Assembly (NCBI GenBank): GCA_021734905.1
Contig: JAIPIB010000003.1
Coordinates: forward strand, 1,334-65,333
Direction: 5' to 3'
Length of the DNA stretch: 64,000 bases
From: Minisyncoccota bacterium
GTDB taxonomy: Bacteria > Patescibacteriota > Minisyncoccia > Phycocordibacterales > UBA918
Shown: one piece after another, positions 1 to 11,135 of the stretch
Layout: each line of letters begins with the position of its first letter
Position numbering within the stretch: position 1 is the first letter of the stretch
Position numbers and translations under genes: made by a program
The notes under the pieces: generated by a model
What the model was told of the DNA's origin: nothing
Seen by the model: only the letters and a program-made list of their open reading frames with translations
The model's database searches: none

Positions 1-60
1 AAAGATTGTGAAAGTCAAACTAAAAAGAAATTTTTCATGATTGGTATAAAAGCTATATTG

Positions 61-774
61 TTATTGTTGTGAAGGCTTAGATTTTAATAAAATCTGTAGT
101 GCTTGAGCCTCTGGTGTGTTTGTCTCTAAAAAAACTTTTAATTCAGACTCATCAAGGTAGTGTGATTCTTCTTTAGTGATGATCGAATCATAAATACTCT
201 CAGATGAAGGTGCTGCATTATGATTGGCATAAAAAACATTTATACTTACTTGAGAACTACTTGATGTGAAAAAAATACTTTCTGTAATATTAATAACCAT
301 ATAATCTTCTCCATTTGTCGAATACAAAAGAGATGACTGATTATTTTCGTATGCATTAGAAAGTTCCCAGGCATTTTCATAAAGGAAATCCTTATATATA
401 TCATAATTTTCTTTAACGCTTTTAGCAGAATCGAAAGTTATGCTAAGTTGTAGCCTGTCTGGATATTCAAGACTATAGCTTTCTATTAAACTCATTCCAC
501 TCTCAATTGGAACATCTGTTGGAAAATCCGTTGGTGTATCTGACCCGAAATCAGTTCTTTTACCCTCTATCTCCAGTAAATTTGGTACATTAGTATCAAA
601 AGATTTAGTATCGTTAATAAAATCAACTTGTTTTGGTGCAAAAAAATAATCTTTACCAAGGAAGATATAAGAAGCAATACAAATTAATATTAAAGTTCCA
701 ATAAATGTGGCAATGACAAATTTAATGCTAATTTTACGTTTTAAAATTTTAACTACGTTAATCTGTATGTCCAT
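61..774 (-). CDS. hypothetical N-terminally membrane-anchored protein
   Basis: 237-aa ORF with one N-terminal TM helix (IATFIGTLILICIASYIFL); no recognisable catalytic motif. Confidence 0.4.
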   Translation of the reverse strand: MDIQINVVKILKRKISIKFVIATFIGTLILICIASYIFLGKDYFFAPKQVDFINDTKSFDTNVPNLLEIEGKRTDFGSDTPTDFPTDVPIESGMSLIESYSLEYPDRLQLSITFDSAKSVKENYDIYKDFLYENAWELSNAYENNQSSLLYSTNGEDYMVINITESIFFTSSSSQVSINVFYANHNAAPSSESIYDSIITKEESHYLDESELKVFLETNTPEAQALQILLKSKPSQQ

Positions 775-860
775 ATAAATTATTCATAAGTATTTCACTA
801 AGTTTACTACACAAAATGAATATAAATGCGCTTTATATTGCATAAGTATAAGTTCTGGTA

Positions 861-2084
861 TTAAATTTTTCTCTTTTTTCTGTGAAAAGCTATAGCGAAT
901 CGATGTGCTTCTGCATTTGTGAGAAGAATTGAATCTTTATGCTCTGCAATAAGTTTTCTAGATCCTAAAATATTTTTTGGTTTGTGTTTTTCATCCTTCA
1001 CAACTCCTACAACGGGGATATTATGGCTTAGTTTTTTAAGAAGTCTTTCTGCAACATTAGTTTGAATAGTATTACCATCGACCACAATAAGATTAGGAAG
1101 TGACCATTCATTATGTGCAAGTCTGCGTTCAAGCGTCTCACTTAGAGCCTTGGGATCATTTGGACCGTCACATGTAGTGATAATAAATTTCCGGTAACTT
1201 GCCTTCTCGAGTTCACCACCAATACAAACGGTCATTGCACTAACCATGCTACCACCAGACAAATGTGCTACATCATAAGCTTCGATACGAAAGTTCTTTG
1301 AATCTTGGTATAGCTTTTTGTCATCCGTCACAAGCGCAACATCTTGAATGTGTTTAAGAGCAAAAATTTTCTTCTTGTGTACAGCTGCAATTTCAAATTT
1401 TTCAGATTTTGCAGCCTTCATCATTGCTTTTTCAAGTTCTTTAATAATCTGTTCTTTTTTTCCTTCAAAAAATAATCGTATATGGCGAATTGTTCGATTG
1501 TATTGAATCCTACTTTGCACTTCAGGATATAAACCTATTTGTCTATTGAAATCTACCTGTCCGTTTGCCATTTTAGACCTGATTTTATTAAGCGGTTTAC
1601 TCGTATCGTAAAATTGAAATAACTTACGAACTATTTTTAACGCAGCTCTAAAGAGAGTTCCATTTGGAAAGGGTCCGAAAATATATTTAAATTCGTTTGC
1701 AGTATATTTATCAGACAAGTCTTTACTACGAACAACTAATACACGTGGGAATTCTTCGTTTGTTATTACTAAATTATTGTAACTCTTATCGTCCTTTGAT
1801 CTAGTATTAAAATATGGTCTGTGGGTGCGAATAAGATTCACCTCAAGGAGCATAGCTTCGAGTACTGAGTCTGTTGCTGTCCATTCAACAGTTCTTGCAT
1901 CGTCTACCATTTTTTCAATAAGTACACTTCGTTTTTCAGCAATATTATCATCAAAATAACTTTTAATACGCTGTGCGAGTGACGTTGCTTTTCCAATATA
2001 TAAAATCTCTTTATGTTTTCCTAGAAAAAAATACACACCTGGTGACCCTGGTAATATATTTTTTACGAGGTCTTCTTTTTTCAT
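861..2084 (-). CDS. uvrC: excinuclease ABC subunit C, compact form (GIY-YIG + UVR motif + RNaseH-like endonuclease domain, no C-terminal HhH)
   Basis: N-terminal GIY-YIG (PGSPGVYFFLGKHKEILYIGKA), YIFGPFPNGT and UVR-like FEIAAVHKKKIFAL blocks, endonuclease block IEAYDVAHLSGG. At 407 aa it is shorter than classical UvrC. Confidence 0.8.
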   Translation of the reverse strand: MKKEDLVKNILPGSPGVYFFLGKHKEILYIGKATSLAQRIKSYFDDNIAEKRSVLIEKMVDDARTVEWTATDSVLEAMLLEVNLIRTHRPYFNTRSKDDKSYNNLVITNEEFPRVLVVRSKDLSDKYTANEFKYIFGPFPNGTLFRAALKIVRKLFQFYDTSKPLNKIRSKMANGQVDFNRQIGLYPEVQSRIQYNRTIRHIRLFFEGKKEQIIKELEKAMMKAAKSEKFEIAAVHKKKIFALKHIQDVALVTDDKKLYQDSKNFRIEAYDVAHLSGGSMVSAMTVCIGGELEKASYRKFIITTCDGPNDPKALSETLERRLAHNEWSLPNLIVVDGNTIQTNVAERLLKKLSHNIPVVGVVKDEKHKPKNILGSRKLIAEHKDSILLTNAEAHRFAIAFHRKKRKI

Positions 2085-2112
2085 AAAATTCTATTGGTAA
2101 ATAAACTAGAAA

Positions 2113-4755
2113 TTACCGTCCGTAAAGTGATTTTTTAAGGTATTGCCCTGTAAATGATTTTGAATTTTCTGCAACCTCTTCAGGAGTTCCCTTTGCAACA
2201 AGTGTTCCACCTTTCTCTCCCCCCTCAGGTCCAATATCAATGACGTAATCAGCACATTTAATTAAATCAAGATTGTGTTCAATGACCATAACGGTGTTTC
2301 CCTTGTCGACAAGCTCTTGGAGAATCTCAATTAACTTTTTGACGTCCTCATAATGCAAACCAATTGTTGGTTCATCGAGTAGATAGAGCGTCTTTTGTGT
2401 GTGTGGTCTATAGAGCTCCGATGCAATCTTCACTCTCTGAGCCTCACCCCCAGAGAGTGTCGTAGCACTTTGCCCAAGTTCAAGATAACTAAGTCCGACA
2501 TCCAATAATGATTTCATCCTCTCATGGATTGCGGGTATGTCTAAAAAGAATGCGTCCGCTTCCTCAATGGTCATATGAAGCACATCATCAATGTTTTTAC
2601 CTTTGTAATAAACTTCGAGTGTTTCTTTTGTAAATCGCTTCCCATCACAGACATCACACGTTACGTAGACTGTTGGCAAAAAATGCATTTCTACAGCAAT
2701 TTCACCATTTCCTTGACACGCCTCACACCGTCCACCCTTGACATTAAATGAAAAACGACCTGGTTTCCATCCACGCGCCCGCGCTTCTCCTGATGCGGCA
2801 AAGAGGTCCCGCACGTGTGAAAATGCACCTGTATATGTTGCAGGATTCGATCGTGGAGTCCTTCCGATAGGAGACTGGTCGATAAGTATCGACCGACCCA
2901 AATATTCAGTTCCTGTTACACTTGTTGCATTATAGGTGCGTGCATTCCTATATTTTTTATCAAGACGAGAACGTAGATTTCTATGCAAAATTTCATACAT
3001 AAATGTAGATTTACCACTTCCTGAAACTCCAGTGATCGCCGTAAGTCGTCCGAGAGGAATATCTACGTTTAAATTATTAATATTGAACGCCTTCCCTCCC
3101 TTAATTTTTATTGATCCTTTTTCGCCACTTCTTCGCTCTTTAGGTATTTCTATAGCTTTGTCACCACGAAGGTAATCAAGTGTTATTGATTTTGAAATAT
3201 TTTTTTCTTCTGCCAGAAGTTTTGGTAGGTAATCCGCTACAACCACGTGTCCCCCATGAATCCCTGCACCTGGTCCGATATCTACAAGATAATCAGCAGC
3301 AAAAATAGTGTCCTCATCGTGTTCTACAATAATTATTGTATTTCCAAGATCACGAAGTTCAGTCAGTGTTTTTATGAGTCGATCATTATCTCTTTGGTGT
3401 AGTCCAATTGTAGGCTCATCAAGAACATACATAGCACCAACAAGTCCAGAACCAAGCTGTGATGCAAGTCGTATTCGTTGAGCCTCTCCTCCTGACAATG
3501 TGTTCGCTCGCCTACCCAAAGTCAGATATTCAATCCCAACGTTATTCATGAATTCAAGTCGCTCAATAATCTCTCGTAAAGCTGGCCATGCTATGTCCTG
3601 ATCTTTTTTCGAAAGCTTCAGTTCAGAAATAAATTGTGCCGCTTCACCAATCGTCATGTTTGTAAAATCGACAATATTCTTGCCAAGGTTTTTTCCTCCA
3701 TCTCCTCCAAGGTATACGCGAAGCGCCTCTTTTCTTAATCGCGCCCCGTTACATGCTGAGCAAACATCAATATTAAAGATCCCTGCCGTACCCAGCCCAT
3801 TACATTCTGGACATGCACCATAAGGTGAATTGAACGAAAAAAGACGTGGTTCAACTTCAGGAAATGAGGAACCGTCGATTGGACAAATAAATTTTGCTGA
3901 TAGCAGTCGCTCATCTCCATCTGGTGTTCGGACCTTGACAAGCCCTTTTGATTCACGAAGTGCTAATTCAACCGCCTCAGATAGACGTTCTTTAGCGTTT
4001 TTAGGAGAGTTGATAAATTCACTAACATAGATCTCATCTACAAGAACGTCAATATCATGACGTTTTGTTTTTGATAAAACAATTTTTTCCCGCAACTGTT
4101 TGATTTCACCATCAATTTTCACAACTTCGTATCCTTTTCCAAGAAGGTCATAAAGCATTTGATAATATTCCCCCTTCCTTCCAACAACGAGTGGTGAAAA
4201 AATCGCTACTCTTGCGGAGCTTACTTCGACACCTAAAATATTTTTTGTGTCATTTTTAATTTTCTTAATTTCTCTATCCTCGATTGATTTTTGGATAATA
4301 GATAAAATTTCATCTTGTGATAATTTTTGGATTGGGACATCTGTATCAATACAGTATGGCTGACCTATTCGTGCATACAAAATTCTAAGATAGTCATATA
4401 TTTCCGTTATTGTTGCAACCGTTGACCGAGGGTTCCTTGAAGCAGATTTTTGATCAATAGAAATTGCTGGGGAAAGTCCACTGATTTCATCAACATCTGG
4501 CTTTTGCATCTGCTTCAAAAACTGTCGTGCATATGATGACAGCGACTCGATGTATCGTCTCTGACCCTCCGCAAAGATTGTATCAAATGCGAGGGATGAT
4601 TTTCCACTTCCAGAAAGACCCGTAAATATAACCATTTTGTTCCGAGGTAACTCAACTGATATGTTTTTGAGATTATGCGTCCGCGCACCACGAATAATGA
4701 TTTTTCTATCACCAGGGTCCTCCCATTCTGTTTTTTTCTCTTTTTTGGTTGCCAT
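2113..4755 (-). CDS. uvrA: excinuclease ABC subunit A
   Basis: 880 aa; two ABC ATPase modules ([14 protein letters not shown]; [10 protein letters not shown]), Zn-finger Cys clusters, LSGGE signatures. Confidence 0.95.
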   Translation of the reverse strand: MATKKEKKTEWEDPGDRKIIIRGARTHNLKNISVELPRNKMVIFTGLSGSGKSSLAFDTIFAEGQRRYIESLSSYARQFLKQMQKPDVDEISGLSPAISIDQKSASRNPRSTVATITEIYDYLRILYARIGQPYCIDTDVPIQKLSQDEILSIIQKSIEDREIKKIKNDTKNILGVEVSSARVAIFSPLVVGRKGEYYQMLYDLLGKGYEVVKIDGEIKQLREKIVLSKTKRHDIDVLVDEIYVSEFINSPKNAKERLSEAVELALRESKGLVKVRTPDGDERLLSAKFICPIDGSSFPEVEPRLFSFNSPYGACPECNGLGTAGIFNIDVCSACNGARLRKEALRVYLGGDGGKNLGKNIVDFTNMTIGEAAQFISELKLSKKDQDIAWPALREIIERLEFMNNVGIEYLTLGRRANTLSGGEAQRIRLASQLGSGLVGAMYVLDEPTIGLHQRDNDRLIKTLTELRDLGNTIIIVEHDEDTIFAADYLVDIGPGAGIHGGHVVVADYLPKLLAEEKNISKSITLDYLRGDKAIEIPKERRSGEKGSIKIKGGKAFNINNLNVDIPLGRLTAITGVSGSGKSTFMYEILHRNLRSRLDKKYRNARTYNATSVTGTEYLGRSILIDQSPIGRTPRSNPATYTGAFSHVRDLFAASGEARARGWKPGRFSFNVKGGRCEACQGNGEIAVEMHFLPTVYVTCDVCDGKRFTKETLEVYYKGKNIDDVLHMTIEEADAFFLDIPAIHERMKSLLDVGLSYLELGQSATTLSGGEAQRVKIASELYRPHTQKTLYLLDEPTIGLHYEDVKKLIEILQELVDKGNTVMVIEHNLDLIKCADYVIDIGPEGGEKGGTLVAKGTPEEVAENSKSFTGQYLKKSLYGR

Positions 4756-4831
4756 ACATTCACCCCTTACGATGGTGCGTAAGGTTTATAAAAACATTAT
4801 ACAGTGATAGACAGTGTTTGGAAACTACGCA

Positions 4832-6169
4832 TTACTTAGGTAATGTAACGACAATATGAGTTCCAACATCACGAATTGACTCAACACCAATAGATCCATC
4901 CATTAGTTCAATGAGTTGTTTTGTAATCCACATTCCAAGTCCTGTCCCAACAGTCTGACTAACCTCGTCTGAACCTACCCTAAAAAATGGAGAAAACAGA
5001 CTTTTTTGATTTTCGGCACTTATACCAGTCCCTGTGTCTTTGACTCGAATTTCAATTCTATCAGTGCGCTGATCAAGCGATACAGTAATACTTCCTGCAG
5101 GAGTGTACTTAATTGAATTACTGACAAGGTTTGTCAACGCCTGAAAAAGTCGTTTCTCGTCAACCATAATAAATAAATCATCACGAATGCCTTCTTGAGA
5201 CAAATTAATATTTTTCTCCTGTGCAGGTCCCTGCATTGCATCAATAACATCGTGAATAGTGCGCTGAATATTTGTACTTGTCTTCTTAACAGAAAGTTTA
5301 CCCGAATGTATCCTTGCAACATCAAGTAGATCACTCACCACAAGAACAAGACGTCCTGCAGCATCCTCAATTTTTTTGGCATGCTCTCGGACATCTTCTT
5401 TTGTATCTTTGCTTTCCCTTATTAAACTAGCGTAGCCTCGCATTGCAGTAAGTGGCGCCCTGAGCTCATGTGCAATCATATTTGTGAACATGTCCTTCAT
5501 CTCATTCGCTTTTTTTGTTTCTCTATACAGATATGCATAGTCAATCAGACGTACATGCCGAATCAAAAGAAACATGACAACACAAAGAATTCCAATGAGC
5601 CAGTAGTAGGCAGTCATAATTCTTGATGCAAAAAGAATATCGATATGTTCAAGTGAAGTCTCAGTAAAAATGTAATAGTCATTATTTCCAGCTGCCTGTA
5701 CCAACCTAACACTTTGCCAATGGCGAACACCTTTGTACGCCATTGGTGTTATGATTGATTCATTAGGATGAACCGCTGCAAATCTAAATGAATTCTCATC
5801 ATGAGCAAGTGTATCAACAAGCTCAGTATCTTGAGATGCAATAATTCGGATAGTTGCACCTTCTTCCTTCGCTACAATGAATTTGATAATGTCAGGGTTA
5901 AGCTCATGGAGATGAGTAATCTCACCCTGGATTCTTTCAGGCTCAAAGTCTACAGCGCTAAGAAAAGAAGCAAAAACGTCATGCACTATCCCGATTCTAT
6001 CCTTTTCAAGTCGTTCTTGATTTTGCTGCGCAGCCTTCAAGAACTGCTGCCCACTTAAAAGAAAAGCTACCGGTATAACAATGATGAGCATGAACGTCAT
6101 CAGAAACTGAGGGTTTTTTCTTACATACCCGTAGCCACTTCTAAGTACGTGTGTTAGTGGGACTTTCAT
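4832..6169 (-). CDS. sensor histidine kinase (orphan; no response regulator nearby)
   Basis: N-terminal TM, H-box HELRAPLTAMRGY, N-box NLVSNSIKYT, G-boxes DTGTGIS and GTGLGMWI. Confidence 0.8.
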   Translation of the reverse strand: MKVPLTHVLRSGYGYVRKNPQFLMTFMLIIVIPVAFLLSGQQFLKAAQQNQERLEKDRIGIVHDVFASFLSAVDFEPERIQGEITHLHELNPDIIKFIVAKEEGATIRIIASQDTELVDTLAHDENSFRFAAVHPNESIITPMAYKGVRHWQSVRLVQAAGNNDYYIFTETSLEHIDILFASRIMTAYYWLIGILCVVMFLLIRHVRLIDYAYLYRETKKANEMKDMFTNMIAHELRAPLTAMRGYASLIRESKDTKEDVREHAKKIEDAAGRLVLVVSDLLDVARIHSGKLSVKKTSTNIQRTIHDVIDAMQGPAQEKNINLSQEGIRDDLFIMVDEKRLFQALTNLVSNSIKYTPAGSITVSLDQRTDRIEIRVKDTGTGISAENQKSLFSPFFRVGSDEVSQTVGTGLGMWITKQLIELMDGSIGVESIRDVGTHIVVTLPK

Positions 6170-6174
6170 AGAAT

Positions 6175-8991
6175 TTAGAGACGAGCAAGAACAGACTCTT
6201 CCTCTCTAACATGCAAACCAAGGAGAAGGAGGACGAGACCAATGGCCGCTATCGCAATCGACGCTATAGCAAAGAGAGCGTTTGTTCTGAAAAATGACGG
6301 ATCTGCTTGAACGGTAATTTTTTCAGTTACTGCCGCATTGGTATACGCCTCAGCTGTCTTAACAAATGGAAGTGGGTTACTTCGCGCCACAACATATCCG
6401 GCGTTGTCCGTTATTCCTGCATACACCTCATGTGTACCATTCTCAAGTTCTTTATCAAGAATGTAACTCCATCCACCATCACTATCTGTTCGTACTGTCA
6501 CAACAATTGGAGTACTATAGATATAAAGCGTAACAAAACTATTTGGTAAAGCTCGCCCTGAAATAATTGCCCGTTTTGGAGTTTCGAGGCCTGTGAGATC
6601 AACGTTGTCTGATAACGCTGTTATCGACTCAACAACAAGAAGATCCTCACGAGTAATTCCTGAATCTTTCGGTGACTCGTAGACTACAAGCGCCTCACTG
6701 CTGCTGTCGTGTGGATTATAGCCCCGTGCGATTTCTGAACCATCCGTAAAACCATCCCCATCCGTGTCAGCAGAAAATGGATTCGTATTATATAGATTTA
6801 CTTCGTCGTAATCAGAAATCTCATCCTTATCTGAGTCCAGTATGACAGCATCTCCAATTCGTTCTTTAAGTATTGCTTCATTTTTTATTGTTACTTCTTC
6901 AAGTTGCGCAGTAACTTGAGAAATGTATGAATTAACATCATTAGCAACACTTTTTCGCTCGTCTTCTTGATTAAAATTTCTTAGTGCATCCTGTTGTATT
7001 TCCTTGATACTCTCCTTAACGCGCTGGCGCTCGTTTTCACTACCAGATCGTTCCGCTTTTGCAAGATCATTAAGCTTACTGTGAAGTGACGACCTGTAGT
7101 CAGTCAAAATTGTTTGGATTTCTGACTTTATCTCATCATCTGCTTCAACAGAATTTATAAATGAATTGACAGCTTGTACATACACTACTTTTGGTGGAGC
7201 TGACTGATCATTATTAGTGACTGAAATGATTTCTGATGCGACTTTAGCTTGTGATTCATCTTTAAATGAAATAAGGGAATCGTCAGCTTTTGTTAGAGTT
7301 TCGATTTTTAATTCCTGCTCAGGAGTAAACGTAGACATCAGCTCATTGTGTACTGTAACCTGACTTTTGCTACCTTCTATAAAGCCATACGGAGATTTAA
7401 CACGTGCGTAGACATCATAATCGCCGTTTGGTGACTCTTTTGTAATCCAAGTATATTTCCATTCTGATGAAGAGACTCTTCTTGCTAGGCCAAGAAATTG
7501 TGCCGTCAATGAACTTCTTGGTTTTGCAAAAATCTCTACTGAATCAACCCTAGGAGCAGTTACAATAATATCAACATAGCCTGAAAACGGACTTTTTTTA
7601 GAGAAATCAATTCCAACACTAGGTTTTAAAAAATCAGTTGAGCTAGAAACTTTTTGCACATACTTCTCCTCGGGCTTTACAATCTCTGTAAGGGTAACAA
7701 CAGGTGACAAAGCCTCAATTTCATTCTTGACAATTACTGTCTTAAGAAGACTCTGGCGAGACTCGTTATTAACAACAGCATGTGCAGTTATCTCAAAACG
7801 TCCGTTTGGAACCTTCTTTGTATTCCAAGTTAAGTGCCAATAATCAGTATCGGAACGAGTGGCAGAGCCTACAAAGTAAGGCGTTCGCGTCTTTTCTCCC
7901 CGAGCATATACTTTTATCTCAGATGCCTCATTAGCCAATATCTTCAAAAGGATACTATTAGAAAGATACCTATCGTTGGGCAAAATAAGGAGAACTTGGT
8001 CTTTATGTTCATTTATTTCAGGGACCATCAAAGGTTCATCATTTTCAACTTGTTTAGTGCCTCCATCGTCATAATTCTGCGTTGTTGTTGCAATTTTCTC
8101 TATTGAATCATCAGTGATTTTTACTAATTCAGAATTAATTTTGTCCTGATTCGTATTGTCCATAATACCATTCTCATCTTTAGGCTCCTCTCTAGGGGAA
8201 ATAATTTCAGGAAGCTTATTCGCCACTGAATATATTGCCGAATCAATCTGCTCATATGAACCATGTAAATTTTTTATAACAGTTCTGAGATTATATTCAC
8301 CATTATCATACTGTCGAGTATCCCAAAGTGATTTCCAATTATTATTATCAATCCGCACCGCAGAGCCAACAGGAATCAAACGGCCATCCTTTTTTCTTTC
8401 TGCAATAAGTTTTACCTCACTTGCGTTACCTACGGAAACAGTAACAGGGACGACATTTGCAAACGGAGTGCCTGTCCCTGGTGAAAGCCTTACAGCAGGT
8501 TGTGTCTCAGTATTCAAGATTCTTGAGGTATCAATGATACCAATAAAATTTGCCTGCTGTGCAGTCCGCGTATAATTCGCACCACTCATGCGACTTTCGG
8601 TTGTTACTTCGGGATCAACAATGTACTGAAGATTCAAAAGTGAAAAAAAGGTCCCTGCGAGTACAAAAAATACACCTGCTATTCTTGCTGCAAGAGCAAC
8701 TGTTTTTGTGTTAAGAGATGGGAATCTGTAAGGCGACAAACAAACAATTTGTAACTGTGCCTTTGTAATCAATTTTTCCTTACTCTTCTTAACAGAGTTA
8801 TCAGTAATTACAATTTTAGGATTCTGTGTACTTTTTAAAAGTTTTACATTAATTTTTTTCTTTGTCTTGACCTTAGCAACATCAATTTTAACCGAAGCAG
8901 TACTTTCTTTTTTTCGAGTTTTTTTCGCCCGCGTTGGCACAGTTTTCGTAATTGCACGTACTGCGGGGCCTTTCTTAGCTTTTACAACCAT
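6175..8991 (-). CDS. large membrane protein with basic N-terminal tail, extracytoplasmic region and thrombospondin-type-3-like Ca-binding repeat
   Basis: 938 aa; KK/RK-rich N-terminus then TM; DTDGDGFTDGSEIARGYNP motif; C-terminal TM (ALFAIASIAIAAIGLVLLLLGL). Confidence 0.5.
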   Translation of the reverse strand: MVVKAKKGPAVRAITKTVPTRAKKTRKKESTASVKIDVAKVKTKKKINVKLLKSTQNPKIVITDNSVKKSKEKLITKAQLQIVCLSPYRFPSLNTKTVALAARIAGVFFVLAGTFFSLLNLQYIVDPEVTTESRMSGANYTRTAQQANFIGIIDTSRILNTETQPAVRLSPGTGTPFANVVPVTVSVGNASEVKLIAERKKDGRLIPVGSAVRIDNNNWKSLWDTRQYDNGEYNLRTVIKNLHGSYEQIDSAIYSVANKLPEIISPREEPKDENGIMDNTNQDKINSELVKITDDSIEKIATTTQNYDDGGTKQVENDEPLMVPEINEHKDQVLLILPNDRYLSNSILLKILANEASEIKVYARGEKTRTPYFVGSATRSDTDYWHLTWNTKKVPNGRFEITAHAVVNNESRQSLLKTVIVKNEIEALSPVVTLTEIVKPEEKYVQKVSSSTDFLKPSVGIDFSKKSPFSGYVDIIVTAPRVDSVEIFAKPRSSLTAQFLGLARRVSSSEWKYTWITKESPNGDYDVYARVKSPYGFIEGSKSQVTVHNELMSTFTPEQELKIETLTKADDSLISFKDESQAKVASEIISVTNNDQSAPPKVVYVQAVNSFINSVEADDEIKSEIQTILTDYRSSLHSKLNDLAKAERSGSENERQRVKESIKEIQQDALRNFNQEDERKSVANDVNSYISQVTAQLEEVTIKNEAILKERIGDAVILDSDKDEISDYDEVNLYNTNPFSADTDGDGFTDGSEIARGYNPHDSSSEALVVYESPKDSGITREDLLVVESITALSDNVDLTGLETPKRAIISGRALPNSFVTLYIYSTPIVVTVRTDSDGGWSYILDKELENGTHEVYAGITDNAGYVVARSNPLPFVKTAEAYTNAAVTEKITVQADPSFFRTNALFAIASIAIAAIGLVLLLLGLHVREEESVLARL

Positions 8992-9045
8992 TGTTATCCA
9001 TTATATAGAAAAAACTGAAGACTTCACCCCTATCAGTGTCAATAA

Positions 9046-11070
9046 CTATTTTAGTGAGTGGCTTTCTAGTGCTTGAATCTCATCACGAAGAATGGCGGCG
9101 GTCTCAAAATCAAGAATTTCAACAGCTTTTTCCATCTGATCTCGTTTATCTTTAATTGTTCCTTTTGGATCCTTTTTATAGAGATCGAGGTCAACAGAAA
9201 GAAGTAGAGATATAGTTTTATCGTGCTCAGTTTTTAGATGTTCAGTTATATCTTTGATTTCCTTAACGATTGTTTGTGGCGTAATCCCATGTTTTACATT
9301 GTGAGCAAGTTGTATATCTCTTCTTCTCTGTGTCTCCTCTACTGCTCGTGTCAATGACTTTGTCATTTGATCAGCATACAGAATGACTCTACCATCAAGG
9401 TTCCTTGCAGCGCGTCCAATTGTTTGAATAAGCGCCGTTTCAGAACGAAGAAAACCTTCTTTATCAGCATCAAGAATTGCTACCAATTGCACCTCAGGGA
9501 GGTCCAGTCCTTCTCGTAACAGATTCACTCCAACCAAGCAATCAAAAACGCCTTTTCGAAATTCTGTAAGAATTTGAATCCTCTCCATAGTTTTAATGTC
9601 ACTATGAATGTATTTAGATTGAATTCCACGCTCAGTAAGAAATTCTGAAAGATCTTCTGCCATTTGCTTTGTGAGTGTTGTTACGAGAACACGTGCGTTA
9701 TTTGCAATTACCTTTACCGATTCCTCAATAAAGTCCTTAACTTGCCCTGGATACCCCCCTCTTTCAGTAATAGGTCGAATATCAATAATTGGATCCACGA
9801 GACCTGTTGGTCTAATTATTTGCTCTATAATTTGACCTTCATCTGTCTCAGCGTGTGTAAATTCATAGGTACCTGGTGTTGCTGATGTGTAAAGACGTTG
9901 CCCAACACGATCCTCAAACTCTGCAAAATTAAGTGGTCGATTATCAATTGCGCTTGGAAGCCTAAAACCATGTTCCACAAGTGTCAGTTTTCTCGATCTG
10001 TCACCGGCATACATACCGCCAATTTGTGGAATAGTGACGTGTGATTCGTCAATGACAGTGAAGAAATCCGGTTTACCGTCTTTTGTGTGCGGAAAGTATG
10101 AAAGCAAAGTGAAGGGCGCTTCACCTTCAACACGTCTATCAAAATGGCGTGAGTAATTTTCTATACCATTGCAATACCCGATCTCACGTATTAAAGCAAG
10201 ATCATGGTCGGTTCGCCTTTTTAAGCGTTGAGCTTCTAGAAGTTTTTCTTCCTTTTCAAATTTTTTCAACTGGACGTCAAGCTCTTTTTTAATATCAACC
10301 ATTGCGTGCTTGCGCTCGGCTTCAGGTGTTACAAAGTGTTTTGCTGGAAAAAGAAAAAAAACTTCACTTTCTTCAATTATTGTTCTTGAAATTGCATCAA
10401 TTTTTGTAATTTCTGTAACTGTGTCTTCGTTAAAGCTTAACCGATATATTACACGCTCATTTGTCGGCATGATCTCGACGGTGTTACCTACCGCTCTAAA
10501 ATGACCTGGAAGTAAGTCTGCATTAGTTCGTTCAAAATACATTCCAACAAGAAGCCTGAGCATCTCAGACCGACTGCTTTTATAACCTTTTTCAATTTTT
10601 TTATGTACTTTTTCGTATTCAATCGGCGAACCGAGCCCATAGATACACGATACTGAGGCTACAATGATTACGTCTTTTCTTGTGAGTAGTGCTTGTGTTG
10701 AGGCGTGGCGAAGGCGATCAATCTCTTCATTGATCATTGCCTCCTTTTCTATATATGTATCCGAGATAGGCATGTATGCCTCTGGTTGATAGTAATCGTA
10801 ATATGAAACAAAATAATGTACTGCATTATTAGGAAAAAAATCCTTATACTCTTGAGCAAGTTGTGCAGCAAGCGTTTTGTTGTGAGCAATAACGAGTGTT
10901 GGCTTTTGTAACTGCGCAATAACATTGGCAGCAGTAAAGGTCTTTCCTGAGCCTGTTACTCCAAACAATGTCTGATGCTTCATTCCTGCTTTACATCCAT
11001 CAACAATTTTTTTAATTGCTTTTGGTTGATCACCAGCAGGTGTTTTTTCTGTTGAAAGCTCGAAATTCAT
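9046..11070 (-). CDS. uvrB: excinuclease ABC subunit B
   Basis: 674 aa; Walker A GVTGSGKTFT, helicase motifs, C-terminal UVR coiled coil. Confidence 0.95.
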   Translation of the reverse strand: MNFELSTEKTPAGDQPKAIKKIVDGCKAGMKHQTLFGVTGSGKTFTAANVIAQLQKPTLVIAHNKTLAAQLAQEYKDFFPNNAVHYFVSYYDYYQPEAYMPISDTYIEKEAMINEEIDRLRHASTQALLTRKDVIIVASVSCIYGLGSPIEYEKVHKKIEKGYKSSRSEMLRLLVGMYFERTNADLLPGHFRAVGNTVEIMPTNERVIYRLSFNEDTVTEITKIDAISRTIIEESEVFFLFPAKHFVTPEAERKHAMVDIKKELDVQLKKFEKEEKLLEAQRLKRRTDHDLALIREIGYCNGIENYSRHFDRRVEGEAPFTLLSYFPHTKDGKPDFFTVIDESHVTIPQIGGMYAGDRSRKLTLVEHGFRLPSAIDNRPLNFAEFEDRVGQRLYTSATPGTYEFTHAETDEGQIIEQIIRPTGLVDPIIDIRPITERGGYPGQVKDFIEESVKVIANNARVLVTTLTKQMAEDLSEFLTERGIQSKYIHSDIKTMERIQILTEFRKGVFDCLVGVNLLREGLDLPEVQLVAILDADKEGFLRSETALIQTIGRAARNLDGRVILYADQMTKSLTRAVEETQRRRDIQLAHNVKHGITPQTIVKEIKDITEHLKTEHDKTISLLLSVDLDLYKKDPKGTIKDKRDQMEKAVEILDFETAAILRDEIQALESHSLK

Positions 11071-11135
11071 AACGTGAGTATACAGTTCACTGGTAAATAA
11101 AAAAAGCCCCGTGGTCCAAAAGGAAGACCACGGTA

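Noticed and set aside
2738-4763. Several short ORFs on either strand inside uvrA (2738..2935, 2936..3175, 3735..3956, 3830..4030, 4515..4763)
   Set aside because: Embedded in or antisense to the strongly supported uvrA reading frame; low-complexity translations.
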